Position numbers and translations under genes: made by a program
Shown: piece after piece, positions 1-10,133 of the stretch
Layout: every line of letters begins with the position of its first letter
How positions within the stretch are numbered: the stretch's first letter is position 1
NCBI GenBank assembly: GCA_963555995.3
Contig: OY821641.1
Coordinates: 3,168,001-3,232,000, forward strand
Source: Vicinamibacteria bacterium
GTDB taxonomy: Bacteria > Acidobacteriota > Vicinamibacteria > Marinacidobacterales > Marinacidobacteraceae
Reading direction: 5' to 3'
DNA: 64,000 nucleotides
The notes under the pieces: model-generated
The model's input: the letters and a program-made list of their open reading frames with translations, nothing else
What the model was told of the DNA's origin: nothing
Databases searched by the model: none

Positions 1-62
1 GTCTGAAGACCGGCGCTCCCGGCCTCCGCGCGACCGTGCCGGTCGGGAGGCCGGCGCTCCGG
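1..62. repeat. REP-like palindromic repeats (partial copy plus variant)
   Basis: GTCTGAAGACCGGCGCTCCC at 1-20 and TGCCGGTCGGGAGGCCGGCGCTCC at ~38-60 match the family seen throughout the window. Confidence 0.8.
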
Positions 63-72
63 GGCGCTCCCG

Positions 73-393
73 TCAGGCGCCGGGTGGACGGTACTGGACA
101 GACTTCGCTACCGCCGCGTCAATGTCCTGCGCGGTGAGGAGAACGATGGTCTGGACCGTGAGCGCGCCCGCCGAGGCGATGTTCAGCGCGAGCGCCGTCG
201 CGGCCGTCTCGTCGGGCACGTCGGCGATCAGGTAGAGGTCGCAGTCGCCGAAGGCGTAGTAGAAGCCTTCGAGGCTACCCCCGACGCTCTCGACGGTCTG
301 GCGCAGGGCCGCCTCCCGGCCGCTGCCGCCCTCGGCGAGCAGCCCCTTGAGGCCGGACTGCGTGTAGTTGGTGCGAAACATGTACTTGGCCAT
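73..393 (-). CDS. GYD domain-containing protein
   Basis: MAKYMFRTNYTQSGLKGL...VESVGGSLEGFYYAFGDCDLYLIADVPD is a typical GYD-family pattern; ATG at 393. Confidence 0.8.
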   Translation of the reverse strand: MAKYMFRTNYTQSGLKGLLAEGGSGREAALRQTVESVGGSLEGFYYAFGDCDLYLIADVPDETAATALALNIASAGALTVQTIVLLTAQDIDAAVAKSVQYRPPGA

Positions 394-1535
394 GCTGTTC
401 CCCTCGCGCGAATGGGCTGGAAAAGCCAGATTGTAATCCGGTGGTTCCGGAACTCTGCGGACCGGGATGAAGACCGGTAGGTTCGTTTGGCTCGCGGGGT
501 GGATCCGCCGGAGATACCCCCTTCGTGATGTTGCGGCCCGATCGGTCATCCGCGAGCCGCGCACATACTCGCCGGACTCACAGTACCAACGGCTCCACGA
601 TGCCCTTTCGGCACCGGTGTGCGAACACGCTAGCCAACATTACCCGAGGGTTCACCAGTATACGGCGATGATCTCCGCATCTAGGAAGCGTTCCCTTCGA
701 TTGGACACCGAGCCGGATCTTGGCCGGAATCCAGTCGGCGTGCCCAAACCAGGAGAATCACTTGCCCCGATCTTTCGCGTGAACCCCATGCGCAAATCAG
801 CAGCTAGTTCGGACGGCGTCTTCACACCTAGGGCGTTGTCGACCCTGCGAATCACCTCGGCCAGCACAGGTCTCCGACTATCGACAGTCTTGAACCACCC
901 CTGCCTAAACGGAATGTCCTGCACTAGAGCCTTGATCGTGGCCATGTCTAGCTCGCCATCGTGGTGACCAACCAACTCCTGCGCGAACTCTATAACCATG
1001 TTCTCCCCCACACCGTCGAAACCGATGGCCGGAGATCTCGACGCTGCAGCCCCATCTTTCATCGCCTGAAGGGCTGTTTGCCCAAACTCTGTGATGGCCT
1101 CGTCGAATTCGGGTGCTATTCCGGCCAAGACGTCGGCAACTTTTACTGGGCTCCAACCATCCGACACGCCGTCCGTAGCGAGGCGACAAAAGACACGGTA
1201 CTTTGACCGGGAAAACAGTATCCGCCTAATGTCCTTCCAAAACAGATCACGCTGCGCCACGCCTACAACCAGCACCGGCGATCCGATTGGCCTCTCCCCT
1301 TCCGGCACCGTCTCCAAGAGTCGCTTGTGAACAAGGAATTCGCGGCCTCCACTCTGCACAGACACAAAGTCAACAAGCCACCCCCGAATGGGGACTAGTC
1401 CAACGAGTAAGCCCTCCAACAACTTGCTTATCGACCTCATTTGGTCGACTTGCGCCTTGGTCGTAGAGCCGAAGAAGAGATCATTGTCCTCCATGATTTC
1501 GCGGGCGGTTGCGATCACAGAAGCCATTCTAAAGA

Positions 1536-2912
1536 GGCGCTTCACGGTTTCGTGTGGAAACAGGCCGCAGCCGGGCTGAGGTCCAGCCCGCCCAGGTGGA
1601 AGTAGATCGCCTCCCGGAAGCGGGCGCGGTTTCGGTAACCGCAGGCCATCTTCTTGAGCCACTGGATGCGCGAGTTGATGGCCTCGGCGCGTGCATTGGT
1701 GACGGTGGAGGTGGCGGCGTTGATCACGCCATCCCAGTGTCGCTTGATCATCCGAGCGACACGCTTGATGGGTTCCAGGCGTGAGCGGATGGCCCAGCCG
1801 TACCACTGCTTCCACCGGCGTTCGGCCCAGCCCCGGACCCGGTATCCCCACAGGGTTGCGGCCAACTGCTTGATCGCCCAGGCGCGCGCCACCCGGAGTT
1901 CACTGTTCCGCAGGGTGGCGAATTTCAACTGCTGCCGGCGATTCAGCGTCCCCGGCTTCATCTGCCACAGGTACCTGCTCTTGTTGAGCCGGTCGTCCCC
2001 GGAGCGCAGCAACTCCCGATGCTCCTCCCGGCGCACCCGGTCCACCGCCTGTCCCAGGTGCTGAAACACGTGGAACTTGTCGAACACGATCTCCGCTTCG
2101 GTGTTCTCCCGGACCGACCGGATGTACGGCTGCGCCATGTCCATCGCCACCTGCTCAAGCTCGGCACACCCTTCCGACCCCAGTTCCTCGAAGAAGCCGT
2201 CAAGAGCCGTTTGGCTCCGCCCGTCAGCGACATACAGGACGCTGCCTGCCAGATCGTTCACCACCGTCACATACTCGTGCCGCTTCTGGAAGGAGGTCTC
2301 ATCCACCCCGATCCGACGGGGCGGACGGAGCTCCCGGCGCGCCAGCCCCCGCCGCACCGCCCGGTGCTGGATACCCGCCACCTGACCCCACGAAAGACCG
2401 AACTGCCGCGCGACCGCCGAGGCGCTCGCTTCCAGAAGCCAGGCGATCACCAGCCCCTCGAAACGGGCCGTGAATCGGGAGTTCGCATCCGCCCACGGGG
2501 GAACCACCTGTCGCACCCCATGCACCGTGCAGCGCACCCGCGGGATCTCCGCCACCAACCAGGTCTGATACTGCATCGTGTCCAGATGCCGCCAGCGCCG
2601 CCGCCGCCCGTCGTGCCGCTGACCCGCCTCGCCGCACTCCGGGCACGCCAGGCGGCCTCCCGTCCACACCACCATCACCTCAACCTCCTCCGTCTCGTGG
2701 CGCACCAGGACCTCCGACACCTGCCACGGGGGACGCAAGCCGAGAAGCGATTGGTAATGCTGGGTGATGTACGTCATCACGCCAGCATAAAACGACGCCT
2801 CCCGAGCACCCTCCCGAAACCGCGCCCGCTTCCGGGAGGCGATCTACTTCCCCTGGGCGGGCTGGATCTCAGCCCGGCTGCGGCCTGTTTCCACACGAAA
2901 CCGTGAAGAGCC
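1536..2912 (-). mobile_element. ISL3-family insertion sequence
   Basis: 8-bp target duplication TCTAAAGA at 1528-1535 and 2913-2920; inverted repeats at 1536-1635 and 2814-2912, both starting GGC. Confidence 0.95.
1542..2780 (-). CDS. ISL3 family transposase
   Basis: Zinc-finger region CPECG...RRWRHLD, plus IGVDET, AMDMA, FDKFHV and TNARAEAINSRIQ motifs. Confidence 0.95.
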   Translation of the reverse strand: MMTYITQHYQSLLGLRPPWQVSEVLVRHETEEVEVMVVWTGGRLACPECGEAGQRHDGRRRRWRHLDTMQYQTWLVAEIPRVRCTVHGVRQVVPPWADANSRFTARFEGLVIAWLLEASASAVARQFGLSWGQVAGIQHRAVRRGLARRELRPPRRIGVDETSFQKRHEYVTVVNDLAGSVLYVADGRSQTALDGFFEELGSEGCAELEQVAMDMAQPYIRSVRENTEAEIVFDKFHVFQHLGQAVDRVRREEHRELLRSGDDRLNKSRYLWQMKPGTLNRRQQLKFATLRNSELRVARAWAIKQLAATLWGYRVRGWAERRWKQWYGWAIRSRLEPIKRVARMIKRHWDGVINAATSTVTNARAEAINSRIQWLKKMACGYRNRARFREAIYFHLGGLDLSPAAACFHTKP

Positions 2913-3424
2913 TCTAAAGATCGGGTCCGCCTCCAACTCTACGTCGAGCTCCAAAAGGCTTCCGCGACGAATGCTCTGTGCGTCGATAAGCCACCCGGCC
3001 TCCATCAGGCTGTCTCGGTCCTCTTCGAGGTCGGTAATGTTTCCCACCCCCGGTTGGTCACCGGGGTTTGACGGTCTCAATAGAAGGGAGTCCCGCTCCA
3101 GTTCGTACAACTCCCTAAAGTGCGTCTGGATGATCGCCTTACTCAGAACCTGCGCACTCTGAACTTGACTCTCCCGTATAGTCGAGCCCGTCTTCCCCGT
3201 TGCCACGCCCAAGCCCAGACTCAGCGAAGTATCGACGGAGGCGTCCTCGGAAGTTGTTCGGGCCTCCGTGAATTCACTCACGATGTTGCCTCTCCGCGAG
3301 GCAAGTAGACTGTAGACAGATACGTCATCCAAATAAACGAACTCACGTAGGCCTTCCGGTTCACCCACCCGTTTCCTCGGCGCGTGAGAGCGCCGAAACC
3401 GTTTGCGTAGCCGACCCAGAATAC

Positions 3425-4690
3425 TCATCGCTCGGTTCCATCCACGCCGGTTTCCTCCGAGCGGTTCCGGTAGTCAGCTACACGCTCGAAACCACCTACG
3501 TAGTCCTCCTCACGAATGGCCGTTCTCTCATCTGACGCGGCGAGAAGTGCAGCTTCATTCCAAATCTGTGTCAGTTCTGCGGCCGACCATCCGGCGGTAT
3601 GCGTTGCCACCATCTCATGGGGCAGTGAACCAAAGGTCGAAAGCCGACGTTCCGTCGTGTTGAGGATGTCTAAACGGTCGCTCTCGTTTGGGAGGGGGAA
3701 TTCGATCTCCCAATCAAATCGGCCAGGTCGTCTAAGCGCAACATCGAGATCCTGCGGCCGGTTGGTTGTTGCGATGACGACCACGTTTGTGTCAGACTGA
3801 AAACCATCCAAGAGTGTCAGGAGTTGAGCAACGACACGCTTTGATGCCTCGTGAGACTCGTCCCCACGCTGGGCCGCCACACTGTCAATTTCATCAAAAA
3901 AGACGATGGCCTTGTCATGCTTGGCAGCGGCTGCAAACAGTTTTCTCAACACCTCTTCGCTCTGTCCGTACCACTTGCTGAAGATCTCTGGTCCGGATAT
4001 TTCGTAGAATTCGGCCCCCGCGCGGGCAGCGATGATTCGTGCCAGCATCGTCTTGCCCGTTCCTGGGGCTCCAGTAAAGAGCACGCCTCTTATTGGGCGT
4101 GCGCCAATGGCGGACAAACGTTCACTTTCCTTCAGCGGTAGCTCAATCAACTCTCGGGCCCTCGCGACGACGTCGGGGAGTCCTCCGAAATCGTCGAACC
4201 CAAGGTTAGGTTCTCCCGAGTCCGATAGCCGATAGTGATCAATCGCGGACTCATCTAGCTCCGGCAGGATCGTGTATTTGATCGGCTTCGGCGAAAGGAT
4301 TCGTGTCACACCTTGCACTTCACCCGCGAGGACCGTGTTACCCACCTCATAATCGGGATCGGCAACTGTCGGAATACGTCGAAACTGGCCGCTCGACTCG
4401 ACAACCGTGACATCACTGAGCTTTATCTTTACGATGCCGACCCAGAGGTCGTCAGGCCACGTCGAGGGCGGAACCTGTTGAACCTGGGCTGAGTTGGAAT
4501 CTAAGTCACCGGTAACAAGTAGCACGTCACCGATCGCGCACTCATGGGCCACAACGTCGAAGAATCCCGTCTTGCCGTTTTGGAAACGGATATATACGCG
4601 CCGACCATCGTCACCCAGCGCTGTGATTCTTGCCAGCAACCCGGATGGACCCAGTGCGACAGGTTCCCTACTTTCACGCACTCTAAGCAC
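3425..4690 (-). CDS. Single-ring AAA+ ATPase, CDC48/proteasome-ATPase-like
   Basis: Walker A GAPGTGKT, pore loop KWYG, Walker B FFDEID, SRH TTNRPQDLDVALRRPGRFD; beta-rich N-terminus; ATGA overlap with the downstream gene. Confidence 0.9.
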   Translation of the reverse strand: MLRVRESREPVALGPSGLLARITALGDDGRRVYIRFQNGKTGFFDVVAHECAIGDVLLVTGDLDSNSAQVQQVPPSTWPDDLWVGIVKIKLSDVTVVESSGQFRRIPTVADPDYEVGNTVLAGEVQGVTRILSPKPIKYTILPELDESAIDHYRLSDSGEPNLGFDDFGGLPDVVARARELIELPLKESERLSAIGARPIRGVLFTGAPGTGKTMLARIIAARAGAEFYEISGPEIFSKWYGQSEEVLRKLFAAAAKHDKAIVFFDEIDSVAAQRGDESHEASKRVVAQLLTLLDGFQSDTNVVVIATTNRPQDLDVALRRPGRFDWEIEFPLPNESDRLDILNTTERRLSTFGSLPHEMVATHTAGWSAAELTQIWNEAALLAASDERTAIREEDYVGGFERVADYRNRSEETGVDGTER

Positions 4691-4790
4691 TCACGTTGAC
4701 AGAGAGCCGCGCCATTGGCGACGATTTCGCGCCTTTGTGCGATGCCGCTCTTAGACCCGCGGCCCCTAGAATCCCCACTTCTTCCCGTCC

Positions 4791-6020
4791 CTATCCGAAG
4801 TCGTCGAAGGCGATGTTCTCGGGCTCGACGCCGAGGCCGTCGAGCATCTGGAGGCAGGCCTTGAGCATCAGCGGCGGGCCGCAGAGGTAGTACTCGGCGT
4901 CCTCCGGGTTCGGGTGGTCTTTCAGGTAGTTGTCATAGAGGACCTGGTGGATGAAGCCGGTGTAGCCGGTCCAGTTGTCCTCGGGGAGCGGCTCGGAGAG
5001 CGCCAGCTTCCAGTCGAAGTTCTCGTTCTCCGCCGCGATGGCGTCGAAATCGTCCTGGTAGAACGCCTCCCGGAGGCTCCGCGCGCCGTACCAGAACGAG
5101 ACCCTGCGGCCGGTCTTCAGCCGGCGGAACTGGTCGAAGATGTGCGAGCGCATCGGCGCCATCCCCGCCCCGCCGCCCACGAAGACCATCTCGTTGCCGG
5201 TCTCCTTCGCGAAGAACTCGCCGAAGGGACCCGAGATCGTCACCTCGTCGCCGGGCTTCAGCCCGAAGAGCCACGAGGTCATCTTGCCGGGCGGGACGTC
5301 CGGCATCCGGGGCGGCGGTGACGCGATCCGCACGTTCAGCAGGATGACCCCCCGCTCCTCGGGATAGTTCGCCATCGAGTAGGCGCGCACCACGTCCTCG
5401 CCGTCGGCCACCGTGGCCCGGTACTGCCACATGTTGAAGCGGTCCCAGTCGTCCCGGTACTCCTCCTCGATGTCGAAGTCCTGGTAGCTCAGCGCGTAGG
5501 GCGGGCAGTCAATCTGGATGTAGCCGCCCGCCCGGAAGGGGACCTCCTCCCCGGCGGGCAGCTCCAGCACCAGCTCCTTGATGAAGGTCGCCACGTTGTG
5601 GTTCGACCGGACCCGGCACTTCCACTGGCGGACGCTGAACAGTTCCGGCGCCACCTCGATCGCGACGTCCTGCTTCACCTTGACCTGGCACGAGAGGCGG
5701 ACGCCCTCGCGCTCCTCGCCGCGGGTGAGGTGGCTGCGCTCGGTGGGGAGGACGGCGCCGCCGCCGTCGAGCACCTTGAGGGTGCAGACCCCGCAGCTCC
5801 CCTTGCCGCCGCACGCGGACGGGATGAAAAGGCCGTTCGCCGCCAGTGTCCCGAGCAGCGTGCCGCCGGCCGGGGTGCAGATGTCGTGTTCCGGGTCGTC
5901 GTTGATGCGGATCGTGACCTCGCCGGTGGCGACCAGCCGCTTCCGGGCGTAGAGCAGCACCACCACCAGGGCGAGGATGACCCCCGTGAAGCCGGCGACG
6001 CCCAGCAGGACCGTGCTCAC
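4791..6020 (-). CDS. nqrF: Na+-translocating NADH:quinone oxidoreductase subunit F
   Basis: GTG start overlapping the nqrE stop; [10 protein letters not shown] 2Fe-2S motif, [22 protein letters not shown]-terminal FDDFG. Confidence 0.97.
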   Translation of the reverse strand: MSTVLLGVAGFTGVILALVVVLLYARKRLVATGEVTIRINDDPEHDICTPAGGTLLGTLAANGLFIPSACGGKGSCGVCTLKVLDGGGAVLPTERSHLTRGEEREGVRLSCQVKVKQDVAIEVAPELFSVRQWKCRVRSNHNVATFIKELVLELPAGEEVPFRAGGYIQIDCPPYALSYQDFDIEEEYRDDWDRFNMWQYRATVADGEDVVRAYSMANYPEERGVILLNVRIASPPPRMPDVPPGKMTSWLFGLKPGDEVTISGPFGEFFAKETGNEMVFVGGGAGMAPMRSHIFDQFRRLKTGRRVSFWYGARSLREAFYQDDFDAIAAENENFDWKLALSEPLPEDNWTGYTGFIHQVLYDNYLKDHPNPEDAEYYLCGPPLMLKACLQMLDGLGVEPENIAFDDFG

Positions 6021-6637
6021 AACTGGATGCCGCCGAACGCCAGGAAGCCGATGGCCATCAGCCCGGTGAGCAGGAAGGTGATGCCCAGACCACGCAGCCC
6101 CGCCGGGATGTGGTGGTAGCGCAGCCGTTCCCGGATCCCGGCGAGGGCGGCGATGGCGAGCAGCCACCCGACCCCGGACCCGAAGCCGAAGACCGCCGCC
6201 TCGGGCAGGGTGAGCCCCCGCTCCACCATCAGCAGCGACGCCCCCAGGATGGCGCAGTTGACCGCGATCAGCGGCAGGAACACCCCGAGGGCGGCGTGGA
6301 GCGTCGGGAAGAACCGGTCGAGCGCCATCTCGACGATCTGCACCGTGGCCGCGATCGTCCCGATGAAGGTCAGGAAGCGGAGGAAGGACAGGTCCTGCCC
6401 CGTCAGCGACGCGTGCGCCCAGCCGAGCGCGCCGGGACGGAGCAGGTAGTCGTTGATGGCGTGGTTCAGCGGCACCGTCACGGTGAGCACGAAAACCACC
6501 GCCAGTCCGAGGCCGATTGCCGTGCTGACCCGCTTCGAGACCGCGAGGAACGAGCACATCCCGAGGAAGAAGGTCAGGGCCATGTTCTCGACGAAGATCG
6601 CCTTGACCGCGATGTTGAGATAGTCCTCGAGCATCAC
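6017..6637 (-). CDS. nqrE: Na+-NQR subunit E
   Basis: [21 protein letters not shown] and [13 protein letters not shown]. Confidence 0.96.
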   Translation of the reverse strand: MMLEDYLNIAVKAIFVENMALTFFLGMCSFLAVSKRVSTAIGLGLAVVFVLTVTVPLNHAINDYLLRPGALGWAHASLTGQDLSFLRFLTFIGTIAATVQIVEMALDRFFPTLHAALGVFLPLIAVNCAILGASLLMVERGLTLPEAAVFGFGSGVGWLLAIAALAGIRERLRYHHIPAGLRGLGITFLLTGLMAIGFLAFGGIQL

Positions 6638-7257
6638 TCGGCCTCGTTCTGCTCGGGCCGGAAGGTCCGCAGGATCCAGATCAGGAAGCCGATCACGAAG
6701 AACGCGCCCGGCGACAGGCTCATCAGCCCGTTCGGGGTGAACCAGCCGCCCTCGGACGCGAGCGGCAGCACCGGGATGCCCCAGAAGGTGCCGGCGCCGA
6801 ACACCTCGCGCGCCGCGCCGACCACCAGCAGGATGGCCGCGTAGCCCAGCCCGTTCCCGATCCCGTCCATCAGGCTCTTCAGCGGCGGGTTCTGCATCGC
6901 GAACGCCTCCGCGCGGCCCATGATGATGCAGTTCGTGATGATGAGACCCACGAAGACGCTGAGCTGCTTCGAGATCTCATAGACGTACGCCTTCAGGATC
7001 TGGTCGGTGACGATGACCAGCGAGGCGATGATGGTGAGCTGGACGATGATCCGGATGTTCGTCGGGATCATGTTCCGCAGCAGGCTGACCGACAGGTTCG
7101 AGAGCGCGATCACCGCGACCACCGCGGCGCTCATCACCACCGAGGTCTGCATCCCGGTGGTGACCGCGAGGGCGGAGCAGATCCCGAGCACCTGGAGCGC
7201 GATCGGGTTGTTGTGGATGAGCGGGTCCATCAGGATCCGCCGCGTCTCGGTGGCCAT
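6634..7257 (-). CDS. nqrD: Na+-NQR subunit D
   Basis: [18 protein letters not shown] and [19 protein letters not shown]. Confidence 0.96.
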   Translation of the reverse strand: MATETRRILMDPLIHNNPIALQVLGICSALAVTTGMQTSVVMSAAVVAVIALSNLSVSLLRNMIPTNIRIIVQLTIIASLVIVTDQILKAYVYEISKQLSVFVGLIITNCIIMGRAEAFAMQNPPLKSLMDGIGNGLGYAAILLVVGAAREVFGAGTFWGIPVLPLASEGGWFTPNGLMSLSPGAFFVIGFLIWILRTFRPEQNEAE

Positions 7258-7263
7258 CGCTTC

Positions 7264-8037
7264 CTAACCGCCGGCTTCCCCGGCCAGCCGCGCGAGGAAC
7301 GGCCCGAAGCCGTTCTCGGCGAGCCAGAAGCGGAGGAGGTTCGTGACCCCGCGGCTGGTCATGGTGGCCCCGGCGAGCCCGTCCACCCGGTGCGGGTCCT
7401 CCGCGACGGGGCCGGCGGCGGCCCGCGCCACCTCGATGATCGGCTCGCCGGCGGTGCCGAACACCCGCCGCCCCGGCCAGAGGGCCTTCCAGTTCGGGTT
7501 GTCCACCTCGCCGCCGAGGCCGGGGGTCTCCTTGTGCTCGTAGAAGGTGAGCCCGCGCACCGTGTCGAGGTCCGCGTCGAGGGCCAGGTAGCCGTAGAGG
7601 ACCGACCAGAGTCCCTGCCCCCGGACCGGGAGCACCACGGCGTCCAGCGCACCCTCCGCCTCCACCAGGTAAACGACGGAACGCCTTTCCACCCGGCGGA
7701 TCCGCGCCAGGTTCTCGGGCGCCGCGCGGGAGGAGTCGGTGATGCCGGCCTCCACCAGCGGGTCCACGCTCGCCGGGTCCACCTCCGGAAGTTCCTCTCC
7801 GGTTTCCAGATCCACCACCACCGCCCGGACCGCGGCGAAGCGCTCGGCCATGTCCGCTTCGGACAGTTCCTCCCCCGGATCGGCGAGCCCGGCGGCGAAG
7901 AGGACGTTCCGCTGGCGCTCCTGCTCGGCGTTCGCCGCCTGGAGGTCCCGGAGCGCCACCGCCGAGCCGGAGACCAACACGGCGCAGACGAGGCAGACCG
8001 CCGCCGCGAACGTCAGGATGTAGCGGGCGGTGGTCAT
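7264..8037 (-). CDS. nqrC: Na+-NQR subunit C
   Basis: N-terminal TM helix, GLWS, HKETPGLGGEV, FMN attachment motif DGLAGATMTS. Confidence 0.95.
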   Translation of the reverse strand: MTTARYILTFAAAVCLVCAVLVSGSAVALRDLQAANAEQERQRNVLFAAGLADPGEELSEADMAERFAAVRAVVVDLETGEELPEVDPASVDPLVEAGITDSSRAAPENLARIRRVERRSVVYLVEAEGALDAVVLPVRGQGLWSVLYGYLALDADLDTVRGLTFYEHKETPGLGGEVDNPNWKALWPGRRVFGTAGEPIIEVARAAAGPVAEDPHRVDGLAGATMTSRGVTNLLRFWLAENGFGPFLARLAGEAGG

Positions 8038-8096
8038 TTCTGCGGTCCGGGAGCGGTCGAAAATTCTAGTCCGGCGCGAGGCGCGGGGCGGGAGGA

Positions 8097-9278
8097 TCAG
8101 CCACCCGGCCCCGGAGCGCCCGGACCTTCGGCGAACAGGCGCAGATAAGCGCGATACGCGAAGACCCGGTTGCGCCGACGGCCCGTAGTTTCCTCCAGGA
8201 TTCCGGCCTCCACCATCCGGGATACCAGGACGTTCGCGTTGGCATAGCTGGTTCCAACCTGTCGTCGAACCCCCGCGACGGTGACCAGCGGTTGCCGGAA
8301 CAGGCTCTCCAGAACCCGGTGTCCGTTCCCGGCAGCGCGCCCCAGTCTCTCCGTGATCCGTGCCCGGTGACGCTCGCGGAGGGTCAGGATGCGGCGGGTC
8401 GTCGCCGCGGCGTCGGCGCTCACCACCGCGACCGCGCGCAGGAAGAAGGCGATCCAGCCCTCCCAGTCGCCCCGGTCGCGAACGCCCTGCAGCCGGTCGT
8501 AGTACTCGGCGCGATGCCGCATGAAGAACCAGGACAGGTAGAGGACCGGCTTCGTCAGGATCCGGTCGCGGCAGAGCAGGAGGGTGATGAGAAGCCGGCC
8601 GATCCGGCCGTTGCCGTCGCGGAACGGGTGGATGGTCTCGAACTGGGCGTGGGCGAGCCCGATGCGGACCAGCGGCGGCGCCTGCGGCGCATCCGCGCGG
8701 AGGAAGGTCTCAAGATCTCCGAGGAGACCGGCGACGTCGGCGGGCGGAGGCGGAACGAAGACGGCCCGCGCGATGTTCGAACCGGGAGCGCCGATCCAGA
8801 CCTGGTTGTCTCGGAGTTGTCCGGGATCGAGAGCCGCGCCGCGGGTGTCCTCGAGCAGGCGACGGTGCAGCCGGCAGATGAGCGCGACCGAGATCGGTTC
8901 CTCCCGCACGGCCGCGATGCCCTCGCGCATGGCCGCCGCGTAGTTGAGGACCTCGCCGGCGTCGCCCGGCCGTTCCGGGGCCAGGACTCTCGCCTCGGCG
9001 GCGAGGACGTCCTCGAGCGAGCTCTCGGTTCCCTCGATCCGGCTGGAAAGCACGGCCTCGTGCTTGATGTAGGTCAGCAGGAACAGATCGGGGTCCGGGA
9101 GGACCGCGATCGAGCCATCAAGCCGGCCGAGCGCCCGGTCGGCTTCGGAGAGCAGGTTCTGGAGGTCCCCGTCGAGTCGAACCGGCGGGCTGGGCGGCAG
9201 CGGACGAGGCAGAAAGGCGCGGTAGCCCTCCGGCTGAAGTCGCCAGGTCCCGGCCCGGTTCCCGGGAGTGGAGTCCAT
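8097..9278 (-). CDS. Fic family protein (class II) with C-terminal HTH
   Basis: Catalytic motif HPFRDGNGRIGR, inhibitory SSRIEGT, C-terminal ...GILEETTGRRRNRVF; start taken at MDSTPGNRAG. Confidence 0.92.
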   Translation of the reverse strand: MDSTPGNRAGTWRLQPEGYRAFLPRPLPPSPPVRLDGDLQNLLSEADRALGRLDGSIAVLPDPDLFLLTYIKHEAVLSSRIEGTESSLEDVLAAEARVLAPERPGDAGEVLNYAAAMREGIAAVREEPISVALICRLHRRLLEDTRGAALDPGQLRDNQVWIGAPGSNIARAVFVPPPPADVAGLLGDLETFLRADAPQAPPLVRIGLAHAQFETIHPFRDGNGRIGRLLITLLLCRDRILTKPVLYLSWFFMRHRAEYYDRLQGVRDRGDWEGWIAFFLRAVAVVSADAAATTRRILTLRERHRARITERLGRAAGNGHRVLESLFRQPLVTVAGVRRQVGTSYANANVLVSRMVEAGILEETTGRRRNRVFAYRAYLRLFAEGPGAPGPGG

Positions 9279-9281
9279 GGG

Positions 9282-9388
9282 TCTTAGTGCACTCTCACGA
9301 ACATATGGCCGGAAATCGGAGCCATAGTATCGCCAGAGCGATATATGGGGCTCGCGACACGCCATATTCATCCCAGCCTGACATATGG
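9282..9388. promoter_or_regulatory. Three 40-bp-spaced imperfect palindromes upstream of fic (putative operators)
   Basis: ATATGG ends at 9308, 9348 and 9388; CCATA starts at 9322 and 9362, giving CCATA-N17-TATGG. Confidence 0.5.
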
Positions 9389-9440
9389 GTCGGGTCCCTT
9401 CGGCACACCCCGCCCTTCACAAAAACGGCGGAAACGGCTT

Positions 9441-9463
9441 GGAACGCCGGCTTCAGCCGGCAC
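9441..9463. repeat. REP-like palindrome
   Basis: GGAACGCCGGCTTCAGCCGGCAC; the preceding ~40 bp also match 60055-60096. Confidence 0.85.
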
Positions 9464-9538
9464 AGCACGACGTCCGACAGCCGTATGGCCTGGAGCCGGT
9501 CGGTGGCGCCACCCTGGCCGGGGCGCGGCCGCGCCGCG

Positions 9539-10123
9539 TCAGGAACCCGGATCGGCGAGACGGGAGAAGAAGTCCGCGACGCTCTCGGCCGCGTCCGCGG
9601 CGGCGACGATCTCGACCGCGGTCGCACTTCCGACCAGGTCCGTTTCACGCGGCGAGGGGAAGGACGGCGGGACCGCGATTCCGCGCGAAGCGAGGAGCAC
9701 GCGGACAAATTCGGCGCGATCCTCCGCGATCTGTGCCCGAAGCAGGGGGTCGTCCTCGGGCAGCTTCCTCTGCCGGGAACGTGGGCCGACCACCAACCCA
9801 CCGCCAAGAGCGATCGGCGCACCTCGCGCCTGGGCGACCCCTTCCATCAGTTCGGTGAACCTCGCGAGAATCGCCTCCTTCACCGGGTCGTTCTGCACCT
9901 TGGCGATCCAGGCGATCTCCTCATCCGAGTCGAAGAACTCGACCTTGCCCTCGTATTCCTCGTACTCCGCGAGCGTCATCGGCCGGGAGTAGCAACCGTA
10001 GAATTCCAGTTCGGACAGCGCGGGCTCGCCGCACTCCCGCGGCGCTCGGGCGGACCCGGCGGGCGACGATTCGGCGGACTGACGCTCTGCCAACGAACCG
10101 TGGAGTTCGGCTTCCGCGGTCAT
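9539..10123 (-). CDS. Internally deleted Uma2-like paralog
   Basis: Its N- and C-termini align with 10134..11147 (LEFxGCYxRPMT; EDDPLLR...VLLASRGIA), but the nuclease core is missing. Confidence 0.7.
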   Translation of the reverse strand: MTAEAELHGSLAERQSAESSPAGSARAPRECGEPALSELEFYGCYSRPMTLAEYEEYEGKVEFFDSDEEIAWIAKVQNDPVKEAILARFTELMEGVAQARGAPIALGGGLVVGPRSRQRKLPEDDPLLRAQIAEDRAEFVRVLLASRGIAVPPSFPSPRETDLVGSATAVEIVAAADAAESVADFFSRLADPGS

Positions 10124-10133
10124 CGCCGGCGCG

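Larger units (their letters stand above)
652..3428 (-). pseudogene. DUF6414-like protein interrupted by ISL3
   Basis: The N-part contains LREFVYLDDVSVYSLLAS. Removing 1536-2912 plus one TCTAAAGA copy restores the frame ...ADPIFR-MASVIATARE..., giving 463 aa. Confidence 0.8.

Noticed and set aside
2814-2912. Second truncated transposase or composite transposon
   Set aside because: It lies inside the single 8-bp target duplication, so it is treated as the element's inverted repeat
3425-4690. Housekeeping FtsH, ARC/Mpa or PAN
   Set aside because: No TM or protease domain, no N-terminal coiled coil or HbYX tail, and no pup/proteasome context
4791-6557. 588-aa extended NqrF, and the extended ORFs 39486..41456, 55725..57281, 56096..57772 and 29161..30636
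   Set aside because: The extensions overlap neighbouring genes or repeats and are low-complexity; true starts were placed at the family N-termini
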